Assembly: GCA_049510745.1 (NCBI GenBank)
Contig: JBEKYR010000017.1
Coordinates: 27,873-91,872, forward strand
DNA from: Verrucomicrobiota bacterium
Lineage (GTDB): Bacteria; Verrucomicrobiota; Verrucomicrobiia; Limisphaerales; Palsa-1400
Direction of reading: 5' to 3'
Length of the DNA stretch: 64,000 nucleotides
Position numbers and translations under genes: made by a program. The number at the start of each line of letters is the position of its first letter. Position 1 is the stretch's first letter. Under the pieces are notes generated by a model. It had not been told where the DNA came from, did not search any database, and saw only the letters and a list, made by a program, of their open reading frames with translations. Positions 19,677 to 28,388 of the stretch are shown here, one piece after another.

Positions 19677-21139
19677 CGCTCCTGGTGCTGGTGCCCTTGC
19701 TCACCGGCCTCCTCTGTTGGCCACTGCGGGAGCGCGCCGTGTTGGAGCGGCTCAACCTGCTCGCCTTCGCCGTCGTCGCCGCGCTGGCGCTGTGGCTCGG
19801 CGCGGAAGTCCTCGCGCGCGGCACGGTCGAGGCCTTCGGCGGTTTCCTGCGCGCGGACGCCCTGAGCGCGTTGGTGGCCGGGCTGACCGCGTTCGTGGCG
19901 CTGGCCTGCGGCGTTTATGCCGTCGGCTACCTGCGCGAAGAGGAGCGGGCGGGCAAGATCAACGCGCGCCTGCTGCACCGTTATTACGTGCTCACGCCAA
20001 TTTTCGTCGCCACCATGATGGCCGTGCCGCTGGTCAACAATCTCGGACTGATGTGGGTGGCGATCGAGTCCACCACGCTGGCGTCGGTCCTGCTCGTGCG
20101 CTTCTACAACCAGAAAAGCTCGCTCGAAGCGGCCTGGAAATACATCATCATCGGCAGCGCCGGCATTGCGCTGGCGCTCTTCGGCACGGTGTTGACCTAC
20201 TATTCAGCGGTGTCGGTTGTGGGCGAGCACGCGGAGAACGGGTTCAATTGGTCGGTGCTCATCGCCGTGGCGGACAAATGCCAGCCCGCCGCCATGCGCC
20301 TGGCGTTTGTCATGGTGCTCGTCGGCTACGGCACCAAAGCCGGCCTGGCCCCCATGCACACCTGGAAGCCCGACGCCTACGCGGAAGCGCCCGTCCCGTC
20401 CGCCGCCCTGCTCGGCGCCGGGTTTATCAACTGCGCCCTTTACGGCATCATGCGTTTTTCCGCGCTGGCCGCCAAATGCCTCGGTCAGCCCTACACCGGC
20501 AAGCTGCTCGTGCTGTTCGGCATCGCCTCCATTCTTGTGGCCGCGCCGTTCGTGCTGGTGCAGCGAAACTTCCGGCGGCTGCTGGCTTATTCGAGCATTG
20601 ACCACGCGGGCATCATGGTCGCCGCGCTCGGCTTCGGCGGCAAACTCGGCGCGCTCGGCGCAGTGCTGCACATGGTCTTTCACGCCGTGGCCAAACCGCT
20701 CATGTTTTTTTGCGCGGGCAACGTGCAACAACGCTTCGGCACGCCCTATCTCCGCAAAGTCAGCGGCGTCATCCACACCCTGCCGTGGACGGGCGGGCTG
20801 TTCCTGATGGCCACCTTCGCCGTCACGGGCGTGCCGCCGTTCAGCCTCTTTCAAAGCGAGTTCACGGCCCTGAGCGCGGCGTTCGCCGCCGACCGCGCCT
20901 GGGCGGCGGGCTTGTTCGTCGCGGGCATTGTCACGATCTTCGCCGGATTCCTGGTTCACATGGCCAGGCTCAATCTGGGCCGGCCCGCGCCCGACGCGAT
21001 CCGCGGCGCGGAATGTCCGTGGAAACTCGGCGCGATGGTGCTGGTCGCCGTGCCGGTCGTCGCGCTCGGAGTGGCGCTGCCCGCGCCGATTTACGAACTG
21101 GCCCGGCACGCGGCCCAAATGATGGGAGGCAATCCATGA
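19667..21139 (+). CDS. hyfF: HyfF-like antiporter-type subunit, copy 2
   Basis: SLEAAWKY, GYGTKAGLAPMHTWKPDAYAEAP, RRLLAYSSIDH; start MLLTLLVL inside the longer track ORF. Confidence 0.88.
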   Translation: MLLTLLVLVPLLTGLLCWPLRERAVLERLNLLAFAVVAALALWLGAEVLARGTVEAFGGFLRADALSALVAGLTAFVALACGVYAVGYLREEERAGKINARLLHRYYVLTPIFVATMMAVPLVNNLGLMWVAIESTTLASVLLVRFYNQKSSLEAAWKYIIIGSAGIALALFGTVLTYYSAVSVVGEHAENGFNWSVLIAVADKCQPAAMRLAFVMVLVGYGTKAGLAPMHTWKPDAYAEAPVPSAALLGAGFINCALYGIMRFSALAAKCLGQPYTGKLLVLFGIASILVAAPFVLVQRNFRRLLAYSSIDHAGIMVAALGFGGKLGALGAVLHMVFHAVAKPLMFFCAGNVQQRFGTPYLRKVSGVIHTLPWTGGLFLMATFAVTGVPPFSLFQSEFTALSAAFAADRAWAAGLFVAGIVTIFAGFLVHMARLNLGRPAPDAIRGAECPWKLGAMVLVAVPVVALGVALPAPIYELARHAAQMMGGNP

Positions 21140-22731
21140 ACCTGATCCCCGAATTACAAACCGTGCTCGACGAATTGACGCAGCGTTTCGGCGCCCAAAT
21201 CGAACGGGCGCCCTCCGCTCAATCCAACGAGCTGTACCTGGACACGAAACTCGAACTGGCCGGCGCGCTCTGCTCGGCGTTCTACAAAAAATTCGACGGA
21301 CGGCTCGCCGGCGTGTTCGCCGAGGACGCCCGGGCCGGGCACAACGTCTTTTTTGTTTACTACCTTTACGCGCTGGACGCCGCGCACGGTTTCGTCCTGG
21401 TGCGCGTGCCCGTTCCGCGGGAGAACCCGGAGTTGCCCTCGGTCACCAACGCCGTTCACGCGGCGGACTGGCAGGAGCGCGAAATCCAGGACATGTTCGG
21501 CATCAAACTCCTCGGCCACCCCAACCCGCGCCGCTGCGTGCTGCACGACGACTGGCCGGAGGTTTATCCGCTGCGCAAAGACTTCGACTTGCGCGCCCAG
21601 CTCCCGCCGTTCTCCGGCCCGCGCCACAAATTCCGCGAGGTCGAGGGCGAAGGCGTGTTCCTGGTGCCGGTCGGCCCCGTTCACGCGGGCATTATCGAGC
21701 CGGGCCACTTCCTGTTCAGCGTCGCGGGCGAGCCGGTGCTTTACCTGCAACTGCGCCTCTTTTACGTCCATAAAGGCACGGAGAAACTTTTCGAGAACCT
21801 GCCCATTGCTCATGGCGTGCGGCTGGCGGAGAGCATTTCCGGCGATGCCGCCTTCGCGCACGCGACGGCCTTCTGCCACGCCGTCGAGCGCGCCGCCGGA
21901 GTCCAGGCGCCACCGCGCGCCCGCGCCCTCCGCACGCTTTGCCTCGAGCTGGAGCGCCTCTACAATCACGTGGCCGACATCGGCGCGATTTGCACGGACG
22001 TGGCGTTCGTGACCGCGAACATGCACGCCATGCGGCTCAAAGAGCGGGTGCTGCGCTTGAACGAACAACTCACCGGCAACCGCCTTTTGCGCGGCATGGC
22101 CTGCCTGGGCGGCGTGCGGTTCGATTTCGACGCGGACCAACTCCGCGCGCTGGCAAGGCTGGTGGACCAGTTCGAGAAGGAGTTTAACGAACTGGTCGAG
22201 TTGATTCGCAACAACTCCGGCACGCGCGACCGGCTGGAAACGACCGGCGTGCTCACGCCCGAAATCGCGCGCGACCTCGGCGTGGTCGGCATCGCGGGCC
22301 GCGCCTCCGGCTTCGACCACGATTTGCGCCGCGACTTCCCGCACGCCTTCTACGACCAGGTGCAATTCACCGTGCCGGTTTTCACCGAAGGCGACGTGCA
22401 ACGCCGCATGGTCGTGCGCCGCGAAGAACTCTTCCAATCCTTCGGCATCATCCGGCAAACGGTGGACAAACTGCCCGCCGGCCCCATCCGGGCGGACGTC
22501 GGCGAAGTGCCCCCCGGCCGCAGGGCGCTGGGTTACGTGGAAGGCTGGCGCGGCGAAATTTTTCACTGGATTCACACCGCGCCGGGCAACCGCCTGGCGC
22601 GATGCAAGGTCAAGGACCCGTCGCTGCAAAACTGGCCGGCCCTGACCGAGGCCATCCTGGGCAACATCATCCCGGATTTCCCGGTGGTGAACAAAAGCTT
22701 CAACCTGTCCTATTCGGGAACGGACCGCTGA
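21136..22731 (+). CDS. HycE/HyfG-like large subunit (NuoC+NuoD fusion) lacking NiFe-binding cysteines (Ehr type)
   Basis: EREIQDMFG, GPVHAGIIEPGHF, YVHKGTEK; L1 site reads ESISGD and the C-terminus reads NKSFNLSYSGTDR instead of CxxC. Confidence 0.9.
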   Translation: MNLIPELQTVLDELTQRFGAQIERAPSAQSNELYLDTKLELAGALCSAFYKKFDGRLAGVFAEDARAGHNVFFVYYLYALDAAHGFVLVRVPVPRENPELPSVTNAVHAADWQEREIQDMFGIKLLGHPNPRRCVLHDDWPEVYPLRKDFDLRAQLPPFSGPRHKFREVEGEGVFLVPVGPVHAGIIEPGHFLFSVAGEPVLYLQLRLFYVHKGTEKLFENLPIAHGVRLAESISGDAAFAHATAFCHAVERAAGVQAPPRARALRTLCLELERLYNHVADIGAICTDVAFVTANMHAMRLKERVLRLNEQLTGNRLLRGMACLGGVRFDFDADQLRALARLVDQFEKEFNELVELIRNNSGTRDRLETTGVLTPEIARDLGVVGIAGRASGFDHDLRRDFPHAFYDQVQFTVPVFTEGDVQRRMVVRREELFQSFGIIRQTVDKLPAGPIRADVGEVPPGRRALGYVEGWRGEIFHWIHTAPGNRLARCKVKDPSLQNWPALTEAILGNIIPDFPVVNKSFNLSYSGTDR

Positions 22732-22733
22732 TT

Positions 22734-23579
22734 ATGTTTGACATCCTTCGTCAAAGTTTGAAAACGGGCGTCGTCACCACCCGCTATCCGCAAACGGCCC
22801 CGGAAGTCTCCAGCCGCGCGCGCGGCCGGCCGGAAATCGATTGGGCCAACTGGCGGGACGCCCGGCCCGCCGCCGCCGCCTGCCCCACCGGCGCCCTCTC
22901 CTTTCAGGACGCCAACGGCCAGCGCGTCGCCCGGCTCGATTTGGCCAAATGCACCTTCTGCGGCCTGTGCGCCGACGCCGACCCCGCCATTCGCATGACC
23001 AACGTCTGCGAATGCGCCGCGCGCCGCCGCGATGATTTGACGGCCAGCGCCGCTTACAGCCTCAACCTCGACGGCACGCACAACCGGTTGGTTTCGCCGC
23101 CGGCGATGGCGCCGCCGCCGCGCGAATCACTCGAAGCCATCGGCCGTCAAATCCAGGAGCGCGCCGCGGCGATGTTTGGCCGTTCCCTGCACATCCGCCA
23201 AGTCGATGCCGGCTCGTGCAACGGTTGCGAGATCGAAATCGCCGGGCTGAACAGCCCGATCTACGACATCGAACGTTTCGGCGTCCACTTCGTCGCCTCC
23301 CCGCGCCACGCGGACATGCTGTTGGTGACCGGCCCCGTCACGCGCAACATGGAACTGGCCCTGCGCAAAACCCGCGACGCCATGCCCGAGCCGGGCCTGG
23401 TGGTGGCCGTCGGCGCGTGCGGTTGCAGCGGCGGCATCTTCGGCCAAAACTACGCGACCTGCGGCGGCGTGGACTCGGTCCTTCCGGTGGACGTTTACAT
23501 CCCCGGCTGCCCGCCCAACCCCCACGCCCTGCTCCAGGGGATTTTGCTGGCGATGGGGCGGATGGAGGCGAAGAGGTAG
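22734..23579 (+). CDS. Ferredoxin-like (HycF/NuoI) domain fused to the small subunit (HycG/NuoB)
   Basis: ACPTGA, CTFCGLC, then DAGSCNGCEIE, GACGCSGG, IPGCPP. Confidence 0.9.
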   Translation: MFDILRQSLKTGVVTTRYPQTAPEVSSRARGRPEIDWANWRDARPAAAACPTGALSFQDANGQRVARLDLAKCTFCGLCADADPAIRMTNVCECAARRRDDLTASAAYSLNLDGTHNRLVSPPAMAPPPRESLEAIGRQIQERAAAMFGRSLHIRQVDAGSCNGCEIEIAGLNSPIYDIERFGVHFVASPRHADMLLVTGPVTRNMELALRKTRDAMPEPGLVVAVGACGCSGGIFGQNYATCGGVDSVLPVDVYIPGCPPNPHALLQGILLAMGRMEAKR

Positions 23580-23580
23580 G

Positions 23581-24000
23581 TTACAGAAGCCTTCCGGCGG
23601 CTCGTTCACACTCCAGGAACAGGCCGGGCTTGAGCACGACCAGGCCGTAAAACGGTTTATCCATCAATCCGCCGAAATCGCCCCGGTCGAGCGTGAGGAG
23701 AATGTCAGCCCAAGCCAGCGCGCTGAAAAGAATCGGCCGGTCTTTTCCGGCGGGGAATACCACTGGCAGCCCAAGCGTGAGCACGTCGTCCATTACCAGC
23801 AGGCCGGGCCGCAATCGCACCCAATTCGCGCTTGCGGATGGCGGGAAATCAGGGAGATTCCGCAGCACCTCTTCAATGGCATAGGGTGTCGTGACCAGCG
23901 TCCAACCGTTACCCGGTGCGCGCCGAAAGATTTCGCGCGAAGCTCCGGTCATCGACCCGCAGGCGGCCAAAAGGACACTGGTGTCGAGAAAGAGCCTCAC
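23581..24000 (-). CDS. PIN-domain toxin (VapC-like)
   Basis: FLDTSVL...EE...D..IL...LLTLD PIN acidic pattern. Confidence 0.85.
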   Translation of the reverse strand: MRLFLDTSVLLAACGSMTGASREIFRRAPGNGWTLVTTPYAIEEVLRNLPDFPPSASANWVRLRPGLLVMDDVLTLGLPVVFPAGKDRPILFSALAWADILLTLDRGDFGGLMDKPFYGLVVLKPGLFLECERAAGRLL

Positions 24001-24197
24001 TTGCCTTGCTCAAAGCGGCGCATGTCGGCTTCATCTTCCGCGATCCAACCCGCCATCTGGTCGCGGGAAAATTTTCGCGGTTCAGGCATTTGGAGTCCTT
24101 GCCCGCGCATCCGGGTGGCGAGAAACAACATCAGTTCCTGTTTCTCTTCCGGGGCCAGCGCTTCCGCCGCCGCCTCAATTTCATCCAGTTTGCTCAT
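23997..24197 (-). CDS. Putative antitoxin
   Basis: 66-aa ORF overlapping the PIN start by 4 nt; EIEAAAEALAPEEKQEL is typical of small antitoxins. Confidence 0.7.
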   Translation of the reverse strand: MSKLDEIEAAAEALAPEEKQELMLFLATRMRGQGLQMPEPRKFSRDQMAGWIAEDEADMRRFEQGK

Positions 24198-24299
24198 GCC
24201 GGTAAACTATCATACCCGAAGCCACGTCACAACAATCCAATTGATTTCCTGGGGGGGTTCCCCGCTGCGCGTTTCTGTGTCGCCTGTCCCTCCGGCTTG

Positions 24300-24329
24300 T
24301 CCCGCCATAGCGCCCAGCGCGACGGCGGA
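24300..24329. repeat. REP-like imperfect palindrome (CCGCCATAGCG...CGCGACGGCGGA), nested in a related palindrome
   Basis: Near-identical to 51091-51119 and related to 55437-55471. Confidence 0.65.
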
Positions 24330-24592
24330 AGCCTTATCTTGGCGAAGGCGGATCATCCGGCTTGCTGAAAAACACTGCGCAGCGAATCGGCGCCCAGAAA
24401 AGACACGCGAGACAGGATAACAGGATACGCAGGATGAGTTTTTAGCCTTGAGCCTTCAGCCTTTTCTTCAAAAGTGCCTGATCGTGTCGTCATTGTCGCC
24501 AGGATTGCGCCCCGGCTGCCCTCGCAACGCTGGCGACAATGCCGTCACCACCAGAGAGTTGAAGCCAGCCACGGAAGACCGGATTGGGGATG

Positions 24593-24631
24593 TTAATTTT
24601 GCTTTCCGCTGTCGCGGAGCAGGCAAAATTA
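24593..24631. terminator. Hairpin at the 3' end of the orphan ORF
   Basis: TAATTTTGC...GCAAAATTA outer stem with inner TCCGC/GCGGA stem. Confidence 0.45.
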
Positions 24632-25567
24632 GACGGCGTTTTCTTGCAGCGCAGATCGAGCCTTCTCGAAGACGTCACGCATGGAGTCGTTTCCCGAAAA
24701 GGCAATGCAGATCGGAGCGAAGCGTCGGATGGTTTCGCCAATGGCAGTTGCGGTCCACTGGTGTGCGCCTGTTATCGACCACAGCGCGGCAAGTTCAGAG
24801 GCGAGAAGGTCGCAATCAAGTCGCATGCCCGACGGTGACTTGTTCTGAAGAAGCAGGTTTAGGAGAGGATAATTCGGGGCCGACTTCGCAACTGCAGAAT
24901 CGAGCGGCTTTCGGCGCACGTTGTGCCACGAGTGCAGAGTTCCGTCGCTGTGGTCTTGCCCTGCGATGACGGCGTGAAGAACGCGAACGGTTCGCCGAAG
25001 TCCGTCCTTCGCTTCGCGGCTGAACAGGATGTTGCCCTTGAAGTCAAAACTCTCCGTGTTCGCAGCAGGTGGTCCGTTTGTGATGTTCAGTCGGTTTGGC
25101 TGGTCCAGCAGCGCGTGCAACTCAAGATAGTCAGCGGCGGATCGAAGCGCCCCAGCCGTGCGAACCTCAACACGAGTGGCGCGACTCAGCGCGGTCTGTA
25201 GTGCCATGAACTCGTTGAGTCGTGGGTCGGTCGTTGCCTGACACTGCTTCACCATCCCCTCGAGGTACTCCAAAAATCGATTTAGGATCGCATCCGACGA
25301 CTCCGGAAGATACTTGCGGCATGAGGCCCGTGCCGTGATGTCCTGCGCTTCGAGTTCAACGAGCGTGATAGTGAATATCGAGGCATCGTCGAGACTCTCA
25401 ACTTCGACGATATCGGGAATCCACCCTGGTCCGACGAGCATCGCAGTGCCGGAGTACGCAACGACATCACCCAAGCAACACCGCTTGCCGAAGAACTCGT
25501 CATTCTCCTTCGAGCCGTCAAGGCGGAATACAAAGTGGTGCTTCACGGAGCTTTTGCGAGAGTCCAT
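24629..25567 (-). CDS. Hypothetical protein (orphan, lower GC)
   Basis: 312-aa ORF in an accessory interval; no motif recognised. Confidence 0.6.
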   Translation of the reverse strand: MDSRKSSVKHHFVFRLDGSKENDEFFGKRCCLGDVVAYSGTAMLVGPGWIPDIVEVESLDDASIFTITLVELEAQDITARASCRKYLPESSDAILNRFLEYLEGMVKQCQATTDPRLNEFMALQTALSRATRVEVRTAGALRSAADYLELHALLDQPNRLNITNGPPAANTESFDFKGNILFSREAKDGLRRTVRVLHAVIAGQDHSDGTLHSWHNVRRKPLDSAVAKSAPNYPLLNLLLQNKSPSGMRLDCDLLASELAALWSITGAHQWTATAIGETIRRFAPICIAFSGNDSMRDVFEKARSALQENAV

Positions 25568-25811
25568 CTAATGTTGAAAGCCGAGCCAACACCGATGCGT
25601 GATGCGACTGCGGCAGCGGCAGCGGAACACCGCGTCCAGATATGCTAACCGAGTTTACGTCGCCGCCACAGATCATCGCCATTCCTTTGCGGTAATACTC
25701 CGCGCGCTGTTCGGGAGAAAGGCCATTGGCCTTTTTCCTCACTTCGGCGGCCAGTTTGCTCCCGCGTGTCTGATCGGGGTAATCCAGGAGCTTTCGCGAC
25801 TTCGTTTTCAT
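25518..25811 (-). CDS. Small basic protein, possibly an antitoxin-like remnant; 3' end uncertain
   Basis: MKTKSRKLLDYPDQTRGSKLAAEVRKKANGLSPEQRAEYYRKGMAMI preceded by GAGG; the C-terminal tail looks like read-through. Confidence 0.4.
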   Translation of the reverse strand: MKTKSRKLLDYPDQTRGSKLAAEVRKKANGLSPEQRAEYYRKGMAMICGGDVNSVSISGRGVPLPLPQSHHASVLARLSTLDGLSQKLREAPLCIPP

Positions 25812-26146
25812 AACCTCAAACATGATATGAGGCCGCGAATGGCAAAGTCAAACGGTGTTGCAAGCAATCACAAGGAGGCAATTGCATGGCTACGGGCCGG
25901 CCGGCAAGTGATTCTACTGTCGCCGTAAAAGGCTCGGTTGATGGCATCGTCCTGTTTGTTTGTCCTTTTCTGACGAGCGCTGCAGCGGGCAAACCGGGTC
26001 CTCTCATGGATTGTCAAAGTTGCATGCTGCCGTGAGCATGGCCAATTCCGTGAACAGGCTTCAATCCTCAATTGCTCCCCCGGTACGCAGGTTTTGAACA
26101 TTTCCTCGGGCGCAAATCCACTTTTGTCACGGGTCGCATGACGCTT

Positions 26147-26216
26147 TGTGACGGCTTTTGTGACGGGTTGAACTTTTGTAAGTCATTCTCCATCAGCGAG
26201 TGTGACGGTGTGACGG
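26147..26216 (+). repeat. Four TGTGACGG direct repeats
   Basis: Copies at 26147, 26159, 26201 and 26209. Confidence 0.8.
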
Positions 26217-26267
26217 CTCAAAAGGGGGGAAAGGCATGGGATGGGTGCCAATATGGAAAACCGGGTC

Positions 26268-26333
26268 AACCGCGAAATACTCGAAATATGCGAAAGGTCC
26301 ATTCCGTTCGTGTATTTCGCGTATTTCGTGGTT
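26268..26333. repeat. Inverted pair of 9-bp-period tandem repeats (CGAAATA.. / ..TATTTCG)
   Basis: AACCGCGAAATACTCGAAATATGCGAAA...TTCGTGTATTTCGCGTATTTCGTGGTT. Confidence 0.8.
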
Positions 26334-26432
26334 TAAAAAAAATCCTTGGGCGAGGATTTGAAGGCGCATTGTTGCCTTGTCATTTCCCCTTCCGTTCCTC
26401 ATTTTTATCCCGCACGACACCGAGCACTGAAA

Positions 26433-27812
26433 ATGAATCGACCTAAAAGAATCTTCGGCACCGACGGCGTCCGCGGCACGGCCAATATCGAGCCGGTCAC
26501 GGCCGAAACCGCCCTCAAGCTCGGCCAGGCCGCCGCGCACGTTTTTAAAAACCTCGAATCCGAATCCCGCGGCCACGGCAAACACAAGATCGTCATCGGC
26601 AAAGACACCCGCCTCTCCGGTTACATGCTCGAAAACGCCCTCTCTTCCGGCGTCTTGTCCATGGGCGTCGATGTCCTCTTTATCGGGCCGTTGCCGACGC
26701 CGGGCGTGGCCTACGTCACCCGGAGTTTGCGGGCCGACGCCGGCATTGTCATCACCGCGTCGCACAATCCGTATGACGACAACGGCATCAAATTCTTCCA
26801 CGCCGACGGCTACAAGCTCGATGACGTCATCGAAGCGCGCATCGAGCGGTTGGTCTTCAGCGGCGAGATCGAGAAGATTCGCCCGACGGCCAGCCAGATC
26901 GGCAAGGCGGTGCGCATTGACGATGCCTTGGGCCGTTACATCGAGTTTGTCAAAAGCTCCTTCCCGCGCCATCTGACGCTCGACGGGCTGCGGGTGGTGG
27001 TCGATTGCGCGCATGGCGCCGCCTACAAATCCACTCCCTGCGTCTTGCGCGAATTGGGCGCGCAAGTCACCGTCTTTGGCAACCAACCCGACGGCTGCAA
27101 CATCAACCTGGACTGCGGCTCGATGCACCCCGAACACCTCTGCCGCCTGGTGCGCGAGCACAACGCCCACGTCGGCCTGGCCCACGACGGCGACGCCGAC
27201 CGCGTTTTGCTCTGCGACGAAAAGGGCGTCCTGATCGACGGCGACGACATCATGGTGATCGTCGGCCTGGAAAAACTGGCCGAAGGCACTCTGGCCAAAA
27301 AAACCCTTGCCGCAACCGTGATGAGCAACGCCGGGTTGGACGTCGCCATCGAAGCCGCCGGCGGCAAAACCGTCCGCACCGCCGTCGGCGACCAAAATGT
27401 CCTGGCCGCCATGTTGAAGATGGGCCTCAATTTCGGCGGCGAACAAAGCGGGCACATTATCGTCCGCGATTTCAGCACGACGGGCGACGGCTTGATCGCC
27501 GCCCTGCAAATTCTGCGCGTGATGAAAACGCGCGACAAGCCATTGTCCGAGCTGGCCCGATGCTGGACACGATTTCCGCAACTGCTGACCAACATCGTCG
27601 TGCGCGAAAAGAAGCCGCTGGAAAAGCTGGAGACCGCCGGACGCCTCGTGTCGCAGGCCGAAGCGGCGCTCAAGCCCGCCGGCGGCCGCGTTTTGCTGCG
27701 TTACTCCGGGACCGAACCCAAGGTGCGGCTGCTGCTGGAAGGCCCCGATGCGGGCACCCTCAAAGAGTGGAGCCAAAAAATATCCCGCGCCCTGAAAGAG
27801 GAGTTGGGATAA
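26433..27812 (+). CDS. glmM: Phosphoglucosamine mutase
   Basis: FGTDGVRG, GKDTRLSG, ITASHNP, HDGDADR, GGEQSGH, RYSGTEP. Confidence 0.96.
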   Translation: MNRPKRIFGTDGVRGTANIEPVTAETALKLGQAAAHVFKNLESESRGHGKHKIVIGKDTRLSGYMLENALSSGVLSMGVDVLFIGPLPTPGVAYVTRSLRADAGIVITASHNPYDDNGIKFFHADGYKLDDVIEARIERLVFSGEIEKIRPTASQIGKAVRIDDALGRYIEFVKSSFPRHLTLDGLRVVVDCAHGAAYKSTPCVLRELGAQVTVFGNQPDGCNINLDCGSMHPEHLCRLVREHNAHVGLAHDGDADRVLLCDEKGVLIDGDDIMVIVGLEKLAEGTLAKKTLAATVMSNAGLDVAIEAAGGKTVRTAVGDQNVLAAMLKMGLNFGGEQSGHIIVRDFSTTGDGLIAALQILRVMKTRDKPLSELARCWTRFPQLLTNIVVREKKPLEKLETAGRLVSQAEAALKPAGGRVLLRYSGTEPKVRLLLEGPDAGTLKEWSQKISRALKEELG

Positions 27813-28269
27813 TTTGGAGCTGGCTTGCCCTGCCTTTCCGAGCCAAGTTGGGCGCGGCTTTTGCCGAGCCAGCCTGTTTTCTGTAAGACACCAGCTCCTC
27901 AGAAACAGCCTCCTGCCGTAAAGCGTCGGATTCGTTTACATTTTGGCTGTTTGTAAGGTTTTCCCTCGTAAAACGCCCACTTTCCCGCCTAAACCGTGTC
28001 GGATTAACTTACAGATCAAGGCTTACGGACAAAGTGATGGTTATTATGCAAAGCATTTAGTATCAAAGGCTTGTAACATGCGCCGCCCATCGCCGCAATA
28101 TGGCCCGCGTGATGCTCTGAAATGCGGTAACTACGGTCCTTTGAAAGGCAACTTGAGCAGTTTCGTCTGGCTTTGGGATCGCACCGCTTCCCCCAGCGGC
28201 GCGAGCTTCGCGGTGTTTGTGAACACGCTGCGCGCACCTTGGCATTTATAGCAAGTTTCGTCGCGTCTG

Positions 28270-28308
28270 GTGGCTATGCGCTTTCCCCGCGCATAGCCAC
28301 TCTTCTTT
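28270..28308 (+). terminator. Perfect 12-bp hairpin followed by a pyrimidine run
   Basis: GTGGCTATGCGC-tttcccc-GCGCATAGCCAC-tcttcttt. Confidence 0.5.
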
Positions 28309-28388
28309 CCGGCCCCCGCCACTTTCGGTGACACCCGTTTCCATTCGCGCTTCTCAACGGCGGCGGCGGGGCGTAACCTCTCCTTCCT

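Noticed and set aside
21136..22731. Functional [NiFe] hydrogenase large subunit
   Set aside because: Both CxxC ligand pairs are absent and no in-frame TGA suggests selenocysteine
15369..22731. Long track ORFs 15369-17513, 18236-21139 and 20710-22731 as single proteins
   Set aside because: Their N-terminal parts are alternative-frame read-through of upstream genes; real starts are at 16569, 19667 and 21136 with stop/start overlaps
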